In this document: piece by piece, positions 47,771 to 57,048 of the stretch
Layout of the letters: every line of letters starts with the position of its first letter
How positions within the stretch are numbered: the stretch's first letter is position 1
Sequence record: OQ992561.1
Strand: one strand, 5' to 3'
Length of the DNA stretch: 64,000 bases
Made by a program: the position numbers and the translations under genes
The notes under the pieces: model-generated
Seen by the model: only the letters and a program-made list of their open reading frames with translations
Databases searched by the model: none
What the model was told of the DNA's origin: nothing

Positions 47771-48319
47771 ATGATTAAAATGGGTATTGATGTTTTCCCT
47801 GTAGTTACCAAACGTTCCACACGTTCTTCAGATGGTGCACGTGTACTTAAATTCATTGACATGCATACATGCGAGGCTCTTAACTTTAGCCGTTGCTATT
47901 ATCTTTGGGATTGGTTAACCGATAATAATGAGTATACCAACCGATTCTGTCGACCGACTCTTAAAGGCTGTGGATTTGGTACACTCGTCAGTGATGACTC
48001 GCATCCAGTATGGAACAACTTTGAAGGTCGCCTTTCACAAATTGTCAATTCCAAACAGGACAATCTAACACCGTACGCCTATTATAGTGAAGATGGTTGG
48101 TACCCACTTACAATGATCTTCAATATGGAAGACCTCTGGAACTTCGATTATGATCAGAAGCCAACGATGTTCGATCAAGATGTTAATGGTGAAGTCATTT
48201 CGGAAAAAACCTATCGCCAGCTATTTTTGAGCAATGGTGTGGATGATGGTTATTTCAAGTTCCTGGAAGAAACTAAAAAGATGGAGTGTGTTCACTTCAT
48301 CGCCCGATTCTGGGGATGA
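47771..48319 (+). CDS. Hypothetical phage protein (MGxD family)
   Basis: MGIDVFPVV...NFSRCYYLWDWL. Confidence 0.75.
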   Translation: MIKMGIDVFPVVTKRSTRSSDGARVLKFIDMHTCEALNFSRCYYLWDWLTDNNEYTNRFCRPTLKGCGFGTLVSDDSHPVWNNFEGRLSQIVNSKQDNLTPYAYYSEDGWYPLTMIFNMEDLWNFDYDQKPTMFDQDVNGEVISEKTYRQLFLSNGVDDGYFKFLEETKKMECVHFIARFWG

Positions 48320-48342
48320 TTACTTAACAGGAAAAGTTAAAA

Positions 48343-48912
48343 ATGGCTATTCTATCTGATAAAACAATCACTGACTTATCTAAAGGTCGTGAACCAATGA
48401 TTACGGATTTCATTGGTCACCAGGTCCGTGAAAAAGATGGTAAAAAGATTATTAGTTATGGGCTTAGTTCATATGGGTACGATGTAAGGCTAGCCCGTAA
48501 TTTTAAGATCTTTTCTAATGTAACAAGTGCAGTTATTGACCCATTAGACCCTAGTGATGGATTCTTAGTAGATTGGACTGGTGATTATTGTATTATTCCA
48601 CCTAACAGTTATATTCTTGGTCATACTGTAGAATCGTTTAATATTCCAGATGATGTCCTAGCTATTTGCACAGGTAAATCAACCTATGCACGACTAGGTG
48701 CAATTGTTAATGTCACTCCTATTGAACCAGGTTTCAAAGGACAAGTCGTTATTGAGATTGCAAACTGCACTACACTACCTCTAAAAATTTATGCTGATAT
48801 GGGTATTGCTCAGTTTATGTTCTTTAGAGGTGATGCCCCATGTGAAGTTAGTTATGCAAAACGTAATGGTAAATATCAAAATCAAATTGGTATCACAACA
48901 GCGAGACTTTAA
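48343..48912 (+). CDS. dcd: dCTP deaminase
   Basis: ISYGLSSYGYDVRL, GKSTYARLG, NVTPIEPGFKGQVVIE, YQNQ. Confidence 0.95.
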   Translation: MAILSDKTITDLSKGREPMITDFIGHQVREKDGKKIISYGLSSYGYDVRLARNFKIFSNVTSAVIDPLDPSDGFLVDWTGDYCIIPPNSYILGHTVESFNIPDDVLAICTGKSTYARLGAIVNVTPIEPGFKGQVVIEIANCTTLPLKIYADMGIAQFMFFRGDAPCEVSYAKRNGKYQNQIGITTARL

Positions 48913-48914
48913 TA

Positions 48915-49151
48915 ATGCTTAGTCCTAACCAAGAAAAGTTTGTCAGTCGGCTAACTGAAATTACAAAGGCATCTGATTCAGAACTTTGTGCAGTTAATGA
49001 TACAATCTCATTTGATATTTCAACTGATAACATGCATGCTGAATTCTTTAATTTGGTTGCTGAACTGCATTTTAAGATTGTTCATATGTTTCCAATTAAC
49101 CAATATAACACTCGTTATCGGGTTGTTATTCATGAACCATTCTATCTATGA
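48915..49151 (+). CDS. Hypothetical small protein
   Basis: Coupled ORF. Confidence 0.65.
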   Translation: MLSPNQEKFVSRLTEITKASDSELCAVNDTISFDISTDNMHAEFFNLVAELHFKIVHMFPINQYNTRYRVVIHEPFYL

Positions 49152-49241
49152 TTGACCAACATAGTGGTTTATACATTTAAAGCATTTTAAACAGTATATC
49201 ACAAATGTGATATAATCAACATATATAGGAGATTCTAATAC

Positions 49242-49718
49242 ATGTCACGCAATACTATTTCTTCCTGGAGTGAACTTGGTTCAATGCTGGGTGTACAGCC
49301 GAAGCCGGTTCAGAAGAAACAGAAAAATCGAGCTAAAAAGAATCATGAAGCTGCGGTTCGTAAAAATTCTAGGGAAACCTTTATGGACATTGCTGCAAAA
49401 CAAACTAAATCAAGTCCTAACTTCCGTAAGAACAAACAAAAAGATGTTCGTCATTGCAGTGTATGTGATAATATTAAACTAAAAGAAAATGGTATCGAAG
49501 AAGGGCGGGCCAAACCAATTGGTATGACCGAATTAGCTAAGTTCAAAGTTGAGCTAGCAAAAAATGGTCTTGAGCTATTCGGTTGTGAAGTACGTAAGCA
49601 AGAATCTTTTGCAGATGCATTTTATGGTAATAATACCATTTGTGAAGAAACTGCAAAGCTGATTAAAGCATACCAGGAAGAGTTTGATTCAGTCTTCCGC
49701 CGCGCTATTACTGCCTAA
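49242..49718 (+). CDS. Basic protein with CxxC motif
   Basis: AGGAG SD; Lys/Arg-rich N-half, CSVC. Confidence 0.8.
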   Translation: MSRNTISSWSELGSMLGVQPKPVQKKQKNRAKKNHEAAVRKNSRETFMDIAAKQTKSSPNFRKNKQKDVRHCSVCDNIKLKENGIEEGRAKPIGMTELAKFKVELAKNGLELFGCEVRKQESFADAFYGNNTICEETAKLIKAYQEEFDSVFRRAITA

Positions 49719-49775
49719 CGATATAGGGGACCTTCTGGTCCCCTTAGTCATTATTATTTTTTTTGGATTTTAGCT

Positions 49776-49967
49776 ATGGATGATATTGAAAAGAAAATAG
49801 CCAAAATGGAAGCTCTATTTAGGTACCATGGTATTACCGTTGATATTAACCATAAGTTGAAACCTAATGCTAAGACAAAATTAACTCGTGCGGAAATTAA
49901 CCGATTACAAATACAATATGATAAGCTTTTAGCTGAACGCGAAGAAGCTTTAAAAGCAATTCCTTAA
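49776..49967 (+). CDS. Hypothetical small protein
   Basis: ORF. Confidence 0.6.
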   Translation: MDDIEKKIAKMEALFRYHGITVDINHKLKPNAKTKLTRAEINRLQIQYDKLLAEREEALKAIP

Positions 49968-49971
49968 ATTA

Positions 49972-50202
49972 TTGAGGATTTATAAAATGTTCAAGCGCGT
50001 TATGAGATATATTCGTGTTTTGAAATTAATTGTTATTTTCTATGTTAGGCGACAACTGGGTTTACACGATTATTGTACACGAAAAAATACAATTGCATTA
50101 GATCGTGAAAATAATAAACGTGTTCAAATAAATGCTATTTCTCGTAAAGTCGAAGAAGCATTATTTAAAGTTGAACTAGTTGCGATAATGAGTAAGCGGT
50201 AA
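49972..50202 (+). CDS. Hypothetical small basic protein
   Basis: ORF (start uncertain). Confidence 0.5.
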   Translation: MRIYKMFKRVMRYIRVLKLIVIFYVRRQLGLHDYCTRKNTIALDRENNKRVQINAISRKVEEALFKVELVAIMSKR

Positions 50203-50213
50203 TGTTGCCATAA

Positions 50214-50235
50214 AGCCCTCCCTTCGGGGAGGGCT
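50214..50235 (+). terminator. Intrinsic terminator (CCCTCCC family, UUCG loop)
   Basis: agccctccc-ttcg-gggagggct. Confidence 0.85.
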
Positions 50236-50241
50236 ATTGCA

Positions 50242-50268
50242 CTAAATTTTATTTGAGATCTACATTAT
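50242..50268 (+). promoter_or_regulatory. Variant early promoter
   Basis: CTAAATTTTATTTGAGATCTACATTAT, same upstream context as the TATATTAC promoters. Confidence 0.5.
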
Positions 50269-50312
50269 AGATTAGCATATACTAATGGAAACATCTACAT
50301 GAGGTAATTATC

Positions 50313-50612
50313 GTGAACGAAGCTATTATTTCACTGGACCGCAGAGGAGCCCATCATTTAGGATCTCGCGGTTATCCAATTAGATCAATTGGAGATGTTA
50401 CAGTATTTGATTTGAATCATAATCAACTATATCCCAAAATCCATTCTCTTAAAGATCAAAATCATGATGGATGGCACTCCATTAGTGTTGATGATGAAAA
50501 TGGAGTAACAGCGTATACGTTTGTTTTGAATATGGATCTTAATCTAGGATGGCTAAGACCTAAGCAGCCTAATGTTGGTGGTGGATATATCAAAATCAAA
50601 TTTGAACAATAA
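50313..50612 (+). CDS. Hypothetical early protein
   Basis: GAGGT SD, GTG start. Confidence 0.7.
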   Translation: MNEAIISLDRRGAHHLGSRGYPIRSIGDVTVFDLNHNQLYPKIHSLKDQNHDGWHSISVDDENGVTAYTFVLNMDLNLGWLRPKQPNVGGGYIKIKFEQ

Positions 50613-50661
50613 GCGGTGTGTACACCGCTTTTATTCCGTGTTTATACTCAAAAGGTAATTT

Positions 50662-51795
50662 ATGATTATGTTTAAGTACTTAAAAAATGTTATTGATAGT
50701 TTTAACAAACCAAAAAAGGTAGATACATTAGAACAAAAGATAGCTGATCTAAATGATAAATACATCAGAGAAAATGTAGATGTTGATAAAATTGATATTT
50801 TGTCAGGTTACTTCACAGGAATGCTATCTGGTAAATTACATGATCGAAGTTTAGCATGGGGTTATTATACCAAAGAAACTAAGACATGGATGATTTATTT
50901 TGTTGAACAAAATTTTGATTCATTCATGTATAAAGTAACTAATAATTCATTAGATATTATTAATCTAACTGATATAGAAGATCTTAAATTATTCTATTTT
51001 TCTAATGAACAATACTTACCTTTAAATACACCAATCAATAGTGATCTAAATGTGGCTGTAATTTTCACATCAAAATCACTCACTAAGGATTTCATTGATC
51101 CATCTTTAATAGATCAAGTTAAATCAGTTAATAGTAATTACAAGATTGTGATGGATGGGTTATCTGATAATTCCAAATTTGATAGTAACCCAATAACTCT
51201 AATTGTAGAGTCTTATGAAGCAGATGGTGATATCGTCGTAGTTGAACTAACTAATGGTACAACTGTGGCCATCAATAGAAAACTACTTAATATGTTTATG
51301 TATCAGTCAAGAATAGTTGATACATGTAATAACTCAAAAGTGCTTATAGATTTCAATGGACGGCTAAAGTTCACACCTATGGAGAATCATCTAGGTGGCA
51401 TCAATAGTGCAATGCATTATTGGTCAAGTAATGGAATTATCAAAATTAGGTGTGACTATAGCATCACATTAAATCTAGATAAGTTTCCAGAGATTGTTAA
51501 TCATATTGGAAACTGGATACATATTGAAGCTAAAACAATTGCAAAAGTAATTGACTCGGTTGTGGTACCATACTTAACAAATGGGGAGCTTAGTACGCTC
51601 ATTGTTGATTTAGATAATATCGATATTCAGTATCGTGGTTTAACATTATCTGGTAATATCAGCTTGCGTGATCGTTTAGATAAATGCAAAATCAAACTGA
51701 TAAATCCATCAACTGATCCATATGAAATACCTAGTCTAAATGGTAAACGTGATGTCCATGGTTTTTATAGGGTAGATGGAAGTTTATTAAAATGA
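50662..51795 (+). CDS. Hypothetical protein (AT-rich)
   Basis: 377-aa ORF, AAGGT SD. Confidence 0.75.
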   Translation: MIMFKYLKNVIDSFNKPKKVDTLEQKIADLNDKYIRENVDVDKIDILSGYFTGMLSGKLHDRSLAWGYYTKETKTWMIYFVEQNFDSFMYKVTNNSLDIINLTDIEDLKLFYFSNEQYLPLNTPINSDLNVAVIFTSKSLTKDFIDPSLIDQVKSVNSNYKIVMDGLSDNSKFDSNPITLIVESYEADGDIVVVELTNGTTVAINRKLLNMFMYQSRIVDTCNNSKVLIDFNGRLKFTPMENHLGGINSAMHYWSSNGIIKIRCDYSITLNLDKFPEIVNHIGNWIHIEAKTIAKVIDSVVVPYLTNGELSTLIVDLDNIDIQYRGLTLSGNISLRDRLDKCKIKLINPSTDPYEIPSLNGKRDVHGFYRVDGSLLK

Positions 51796-52262
51796 TTAAA
51801 TTAGTGATTAGTCTTTTTTATAAAATAGTTAATGAAAAGATGTCACCCACATATAAGAAATTAGTTACATTAGATAGAAATGGGTACATTTTCAATAATA
51901 AACAAGACCTGTATTCAATTAATCTTTCACTCTATCTTGAACTCATTCATTCAGTGACGAATGACTATATTGTTCAAGAAATTATAATGTGTCTAAGTTC
52001 TAAGCCACAAGCAGTGAAAGAACTATTCCTTGAAGATCTAAGTACTAATAATCAACTACACTACTCATTATTAGCTTGTAAAATAATGAATGAGAGAAAA
52101 ATCATTAATAAGAATATTAATAAAGCGTGTGCTAAAAATATGGCTACTTTTTTAAAGGGCTATTTCCCAAGAGACTACTTCACTTGGTATAGTTGTCTCT
52201 ATTTAGCGCTATCGGCTAAAAGTAAAGCTGAGAATAACAAAGTATCTGTTATTAATGAGTAA
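51792..52262 (+). CDS. Hypothetical protein
   Basis: ATGA-coupled. Confidence 0.65.
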   Translation: MIKLVISLFYKIVNEKMSPTYKKLVTLDRNGYIFNNKQDLYSINLSLYLELIHSVTNDYIVQEIIMCLSSKPQAVKELFLEDLSTNNQLHYSLLACKIMNERKIINKNINKACAKNMATFLKGYFPRDYFTWYSCLYLALSAKSKAENNKVSVINE

Positions 52263-52364
52263 ATACAATACTATGTAGTAGTATTTCTATTACGTACCTT
52301 TCGAGGCATATACTCCATGACTTATGTTGTGGGGTATATGTGTTATAATGTTTAAGAGGTTAAA

Positions 52365-52712
52365 ATGCAAAAGCAACTAAATTCTGATGATCTAGATGTT
52401 CTTGACTCCTTTAATGCAGCATGGGAAATTGTTAAGGAAGAACATACTGATCTATTCTCACGTATAGCAATGATGGTTATTAATAAGTTAACTGATGATG
52501 ATATCTCAGTCAATGATACTAAAGTAAGTATTCAGCAAGTAGTTAATTTCCATGAGCGAATTCGAGATATCATTCCTAGCTCTGAGATTGTTAATCTTAC
52601 GATTGTTAAAACTATCTTAGGTGAAATGAATGGTTGGTTAGAATTTGATGAACTTAATGAAGAACTATTTACAGCTTTAGGTAAAGCTTATAGCACTGTT
52701 AACTTTAATTGA
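52365..52712 (+). CDS. Hypothetical acidic protein
   Basis: GAGGT SD. Confidence 0.8.
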   Translation: MQKQLNSDDLDVLDSFNAAWEIVKEEHTDLFSRIAMMVINKLTDDDISVNDTKVSIQQVVNFHERIRDIIPSSEIVNLTIVKTILGEMNGWLEFDELNEELFTALGKAYSTVNFN

Positions 52713-52780
52713 TCATTAATATGAAAATTAAAACAATATAAGTGAGGCATGTGCCTCACTACATAGTAGAGGACTAACAC

Positions 52781-53113
52781 ATGCAGATTCAATTAGATCC
52801 ATTAATGGTTTACCATGGTAGCACTAGATCTTTATTCGATGAAGATTCTAGTTTAAATGTTGTTGATGTAAGGGGCATTCAATTAAATGCTGAAGGGATA
52901 GCTGATAACAAAAATTACTATTTTGATTATGGACGTAAGAAAGATGATGATGGTGAAATACTCACTATTTACATACATGATCGAAATGCAGCTAAAGATT
53001 TTATTGTACTATACGTTGAATTCCATTTAGGTACACATAAATTTCATACGTATGTACATCCACAATATCGGCATAAATTTCCAGTATTAGTACTGGAATT
53101 ATTATTTGTTTAA
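52781..53113 (+). CDS. Hypothetical protein
   Basis: GAGGA SD. Confidence 0.75.
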   Translation: MQIQLDPLMVYHGSTRSLFDEDSSLNVVDVRGIQLNAEGIADNKNYYFDYGRKKDDDGEILTIYIHDRNAAKDFIVLYVEFHLGTHKFHTYVHPQYRHKFPVLVLELLFV

Positions 53114-53118
53114 CATTA

Positions 53119-53141
53119 AGGGACTCTCATTAAGAGTCCCT
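53119..53141 (+). terminator. Intrinsic terminator
   Basis: agggactct-catta-agagtccct. Confidence 0.75.
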
Positions 53142-53301
53142 ATTTATTTTGCGTAAATACATGTATGAAAAAGAAAGCATTTATTGAAACTAGCCTAAAA
53201 TATTCAAACACCAAATATAACAAAGCGATTATCTGTAATGAAATAAAATTCAAACAGTACTAAACATACTAACCCTATGAATTAAAACGCATGGTGGTTG
53301 T

Positions 53302-53700
53302 ATGAAAATTTATGGTTCTTCTTTTCATGAAGTCACACTAGAATATGGAAAACCCTTTATACGCAATGGGGTTTTAAAACATTTACCTGATCTAGGTACA
53401 CCAGACTTAGGATGGACTGATTTTAATATCCTTGAAATTATTCCAGGACCAGGTTATATCGATAAGAATACTCTAAACTTTTATAAAGAAAGAGATTGCT
53501 TATTTCCAGCAATCGTCAGGTTTACTGTATTTGAAGAAGAGCGTAATCGTATTATATCAACAATTAATGTTGATCTGGCGAAAAAGGAATTAGAGTGGAA
53601 TAAGACTGATCGTTTTTGGGAAATCGAAAACTTTGCAATTAGATTCCAATTAACTCAAAATCCTTATTCAGTTTTATGGGCATCCAATGGATCACTATAG
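53302..53700 (+). CDS. Hypothetical protein
   Basis: ORF. Confidence 0.75.
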   Translation: MKIYGSSFHEVTLEYGKPFIRNGVLKHLPDLGTPDLGWTDFNILEIIPGPGYIDKNTLNFYKERDCLFPAIVRFTVFEEERNRIISTINVDLAKKELEWNKTDRFWEIENFAIRFQLTQNPYSVLWASNGSL

Positions 53701-54121
53701 GTGTCATATGCTTACAATGGTTCCGTTATACCCTGGTGTGAGAGGATATCTTGAAGACTCGGTATTTTCAAAGAATGGGATTAATGATATTGGTTATCAT
53801 AAATGGCTATCCCCTAAACGAGTGGTAGGTCCAGATGGGCTAATCATTAGTGAGGTAAAGATAACTCCACGTATAGCCAGAATGGAAGGCGAAGTAATTC
53901 TTAAAGTATGGGATAAATGGCGAAGAGCCCAGCCTAAGCTAGTTGCTACTGTGTATATTGATCCTAAAGATAATTCATACAGGGTAGAAGTAGAGCCTTT
54001 TTATGCATGTCGTCGGATATTACTTGAAGTGGATTTATGGGCTCAAGTAATACCTGGTGACCGTGCACCATTTGTAAATGACTCTGTAGATGGTACATGG
54101 GCATCAAGAGATATTATTTAA
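53687..54121 (+). CDS. Hypothetical protein
   Basis: Overlapping ORF. Confidence 0.7.
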   Translation: MDHYRCHMLTMVPLYPGVRGYLEDSVFSKNGINDIGYHKWLSPKRVVGPDGLIISEVKITPRIARMEGEVILKVWDKWRRAQPKLVATVYIDPKDNSYRVEVEPFYACRRILLEVDLWAQVIPGDRAPFVNDSVDGTWASRDII

Positions 54122-54420
54122 TGCTTATACCAATTAAACTTCGTAAGACATTTAAAAGACTGGGCAAAAGACATTCTAAAAGAGTGTTGGCTGCCCAGTC
54201 ATCTTTTCTGCCGTTTGGTGAATTAACGTTGAGGAAGCAAAGAATGCCTAAGAAAAATAAAGAATATATTCTTGATGTTATTGATACTAATACTAAAGAA
54301 CTACAGGCACAGATTAATACGTTAAGTGAACTTGTATGTGAACAACAGAAACAAATTAGTTTATTAAACAGAACACTAGTTGAGTTACAAGATAATTTGA
54401 AAAAAAAAGATAGGGATTAA
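54097..54420 (+). CDS. Hypothetical protein with C-terminal coiled coil
   Basis: ORF; heptad-like C-terminus. Confidence 0.6.
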   Translation: MGIKRYYLMLIPIKLRKTFKRLGKRHSKRVLAAQSSFLPFGELTLRKQRMPKKNKEYILDVIDTNTKELQAQINTLSELVCEQQKQISLLNRTLVELQDNLKKKDRD

Positions 54421-54422
54421 AA

Positions 54423-54752
54423 ATGAATGTAGTTGATGAGTACCTACTTTTGACCTTATTCTGGATAGTTGTTTTATTTTCATTTATCCATGTATCGCAA
54501 CGTTATAAACGAATTAAAGAAAAACGAAGAGTTGATTTTCTAGTTAAAAGAGAATTAGTATATAATTATTTCAAAGTAACAGATCCTTCTGAATTAACTA
54601 ATGATTCTATAGAAAGTATTATACTTAAATTAATTGGTGATAATTATAGAAAATTAACAGATATGCAGAAATTAGTAATTAGGGCAGCAGCAGGTCGTGG
54701 TTATATGTATAACCCTAACAGACCAATTGGCAAACATTTGAAATATATGTGA
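54423..54752 (+). CDS. Single-pass membrane protein
   Basis: YLLLTLFWIVVLFSFIHV followed by basic residues. Confidence 0.7.
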   Translation: MNVVDEYLLLTLFWIVVLFSFIHVSQRYKRIKEKRRVDFLVKRELVYNYFKVTDPSELTNDSIESIILKLIGDNYRKLTDMQKLVIRAAAGRGYMYNPNRPIGKHLKYM

Positions 54753-54761
54753 GTTATAAAA

Positions 54762-55277
54762 ATGTCAGAAAACCGCCCGTTATATATAGCTGCTATTAAA
54801 AAAGATCTTTTAAAAACAACAGGTTTGTATAAACCTTATAATGATTCACCAATAGCTGTGGTTAGTAATGAAACCAGTAAGTGGCATGTAATGCTAAATA
54901 TATTACGACATGGTTGGGAATGGATTGAAATACCTGAAGGTGAGATTAAACAACCGGAAAGTTACCATGACTATGTTATTCTAGCATTAACCACTGTATT
55001 AACTGATACTTTAGATTATAAAAATGATCCAAACTCTGATAAATATATCAAGCAAATAATCTGTACTGATATAGCACTAAAAGTTGAATATGATAAATTA
55101 ATCAATGTGCTAGAGACAAGTAACGAGTTAGATTTAGCTGATGAATACACCTTTACTAAACAAGGTAATCTCAGAGGATATTTCCATTATGATGAGTATT
55201 ATGGTTTAGATGTACTGGCATGTGCATCTTATGTGATCTGTTCACATATCGAACTAACACCTAGAAATGTTAAATAA
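54762..55277 (+). CDS. Hypothetical protein
   Basis: ORF. Confidence 0.7.
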   Translation: MSENRPLYIAAIKKDLLKTTGLYKPYNDSPIAVVSNETSKWHVMLNILRHGWEWIEIPEGEIKQPESYHDYVILALTTVLTDTLDYKNDPNSDKYIKQIICTDIALKVEYDKLINVLETSNELDLADEYTFTKQGNLRGYFHYDEYYGLDVLACASYVICSHIELTPRNVK

Positions 55278-55289
55278 TAGGAACTACTG

Positions 55290-55889
55290 ATGAAAAAACG
55301 TACCGCTTATATCGATCGTGCTAAATTCCGAGATTTTCTAGCCGAGAAAAAAATTAGCGTAAGTAGCCGACAGTGGATTGAAAAGAGCCACCCAGATCAT
55401 AAAGAATATTACAAGGCAATCCTAGATTACGTCGTATCTAATGTAAAATTCAAAGAAGAACGTTATATTGAAAAGGCAAATGAGGTTATTATTAATGGGT
55501 GTATTCGATATCATCTACCCATTCACGCTCAACGTGCACTAACTGTAGTTGAAGAAGAATTCATTAATAATGCTAGTCTTCAATTTACTTATCTGAATGA
55601 TAATGATACTAATATTGCCAATATTAACTTTGAAGAAGTTCTTGATGCACAAGTAACTGAGAATGAAACTGAACTAAGACAAAGTTGGGAATATGTCAAT
55701 TGTGATATCAACCCATCAGAATACTTTATTGATGTTGTTGATGTACCAGAAGAACTAATTCTTCGTCTATCTGTATTCCGTTTTGTACACAGTATCAAGA
55801 AACTGGAAGTAAAAGATAAGTTAGATCTTGCCGATGTTGTAGGTAAAGATCTAGTTATTGAAGATGGTAACGTTAAGGTTGTAGAATGA
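55290..55889 (+). CDS. Hypothetical protein
   Basis: AGGA SD. Confidence 0.8.
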   Translation: MKKRTAYIDRAKFRDFLAEKKISVSSRQWIEKSHPDHKEYYKAILDYVVSNVKFKEERYIEKANEVIINGCIRYHLPIHAQRALTVVEEEFINNASLQFTYLNDNDTNIANINFEEVLDAQVTENETELRQSWEYVNCDINPSEYFIDVVDVPEELILRLSVFRFVHSIKKLEVKDKLDLADVVGKDLVIEDGNVKVVE

Positions 55890-55942
55890 TTTAAGGCTAT
55901 TTTAGTAGCTTTATATTCTGATCTTAGCAACCTAGGTACAAC

Positions 55943-56311
55943 GTGATGCAATGTTTAACACACGTAATGAAGTTAGTGGCCGTATTAAGTACGTTGTTAT
56001 ACGTATCAAACCCACTAGCTGCATCGTTGGTAGTTGACGAGAATTACTGTAATGGTGTTGCACTTATAGCACATGCCACAGCAGAAGCACGTCAGCGTAA
56101 AACACCCATTTTACAATGGGAAGAAAACCTACGATCCCTAAAAGGGTACGGCGTGAAGAACAAAGATAACGTTCTTTACAATGTTCTCCCAGCAGCAATT
56201 AAAGAGGTGCACGTTGTGTATTCACGTAGACAAAGCCCACGTGATGCATACGTTACATCATTTAAAACCTGTATGGATAACAACTACGGTAAAGCTGTGG
56301 TTGTAAAATAA
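55943..56311 (+). CDS. Exported protein with signal peptide
   Basis: MKLVAVLSTLLYVSNPLAA; Cys pair. Confidence 0.7.
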   Translation: MMQCLTHVMKLVAVLSTLLYVSNPLAASLVVDENYCNGVALIAHATAEARQRKTPILQWEENLRSLKGYGVKNKDNVLYNVLPAAIKEVHVVYSRRQSPRDAYVTSFKTCMDNNYGKAVVVK

Positions 56312-56313
56312 AT

Positions 56314-56339
56314 ACCAGCCCTTCGGGGCTGGTTTATTT
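56314..56339 (+). terminator. Intrinsic terminator, UUCG loop
   Basis: accagccc-ttcg-gggctggt-ttattt. Confidence 0.85.
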
Positions 56340-56346
56340 CATCTAG

Positions 56347-56664
56347 ATGAGAATCTGTGGGTTGCAAATGTATAAAGTATTTGTTATATCAATGATAACA
56401 CTAACGGCTATATCAACATGTGTAACTTTCATTATTAATATAAAAAATCATTATATTCACTGGATGGGTGTTTATAAGGTTAGATATGTATTAGATAAAA
56501 TGCCCAATGGCATAAGTTATTTTTTCTATCAAAATGCTGTCCAAGACATTATAGATAAAGAATCATCTAAAATAACAAATCAACATATTTTTACATCTTT
56601 TATTTACGATATCAACTCATTGATTATATTAAAATGTAATAATAGGGAAACAGCAAATGAATGA
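56347..56664 (+). CDS. Putative membrane protein
   Basis: VFVISMITLTAISTCVTFIINI. Confidence 0.55.
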   Translation: MRICGLQMYKVFVISMITLTAISTCVTFIINIKNHYIHWMGVYKVRYVLDKMPNGISYFFYQNAVQDIIDKESSKITNQHIFTSFIYDINSLIILKCNNRETANE

Positions 56665-56947
56665 TATCATGACAGTAATTATAGGTATTTTGTTTCTGAT
56701 TATAATGATGGCTTTAATTAACTGGGGTTATTATGCCATCAAACACACGATAAAGTGTAACAGGCTTTATAAAGAAGCACTATCAATTATTGACAATATG
56801 AGTGATGGTTTATCTGAATACCAGTATACAGTAGCTATTGGACGTTTACGTAAAAAGGCATACTCTATCGACCATTTAACTGCTGTTAAAATGTTTGAAG
56901 CATTAGACTTAGTTATTAAAGATAAGTCAAGAAAGAAAAATAAATAA
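56657..56947 (+). CDS. Single-pass membrane protein
   Basis: IMTVIIGILFLIIMMALINWGYY. Confidence 0.7.
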   Translation: MNDIMTVIIGILFLIIMMALINWGYYAIKHTIKCNRLYKEALSIIDNMSDGLSEYQYTVAIGRLRKKAYSIDHLTAVKMFEALDLVIKDKSRKKNK

Positions 56948-56955
56948 GCATAAAT

Positions 56956-56980
56956 AGGAGAGCTATTTAGCTCTCCTTTA
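56956..56980 (+). terminator. Intrinsic terminator
   Basis: aggagagct-attt-agctctcct-tta. Confidence 0.8.
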
Positions 56981-56988
56981 TTGCATTA

Positions 56989-57012
56989 AATTTTTTTTGA
57001 AATCTATATTAC
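56989..57012 (+). promoter_or_regulatory. phiKZ-type early promoter
   Basis: T-tract GAAATCTATATTAC, core 57005-57012. Confidence 0.65.
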
Positions 57013-57048
57013 ATATTTGGTCAAGTCATATCAAAATAGGTAGTTATA

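Noticed and set aside
39098-49178. 12-nt match TGGTTTATACAT at the helicase 3' end and upstream of 49242
   Set aside because: Short and AT-rich; one copy is simply coding sequence (MYKP on the minus strand).
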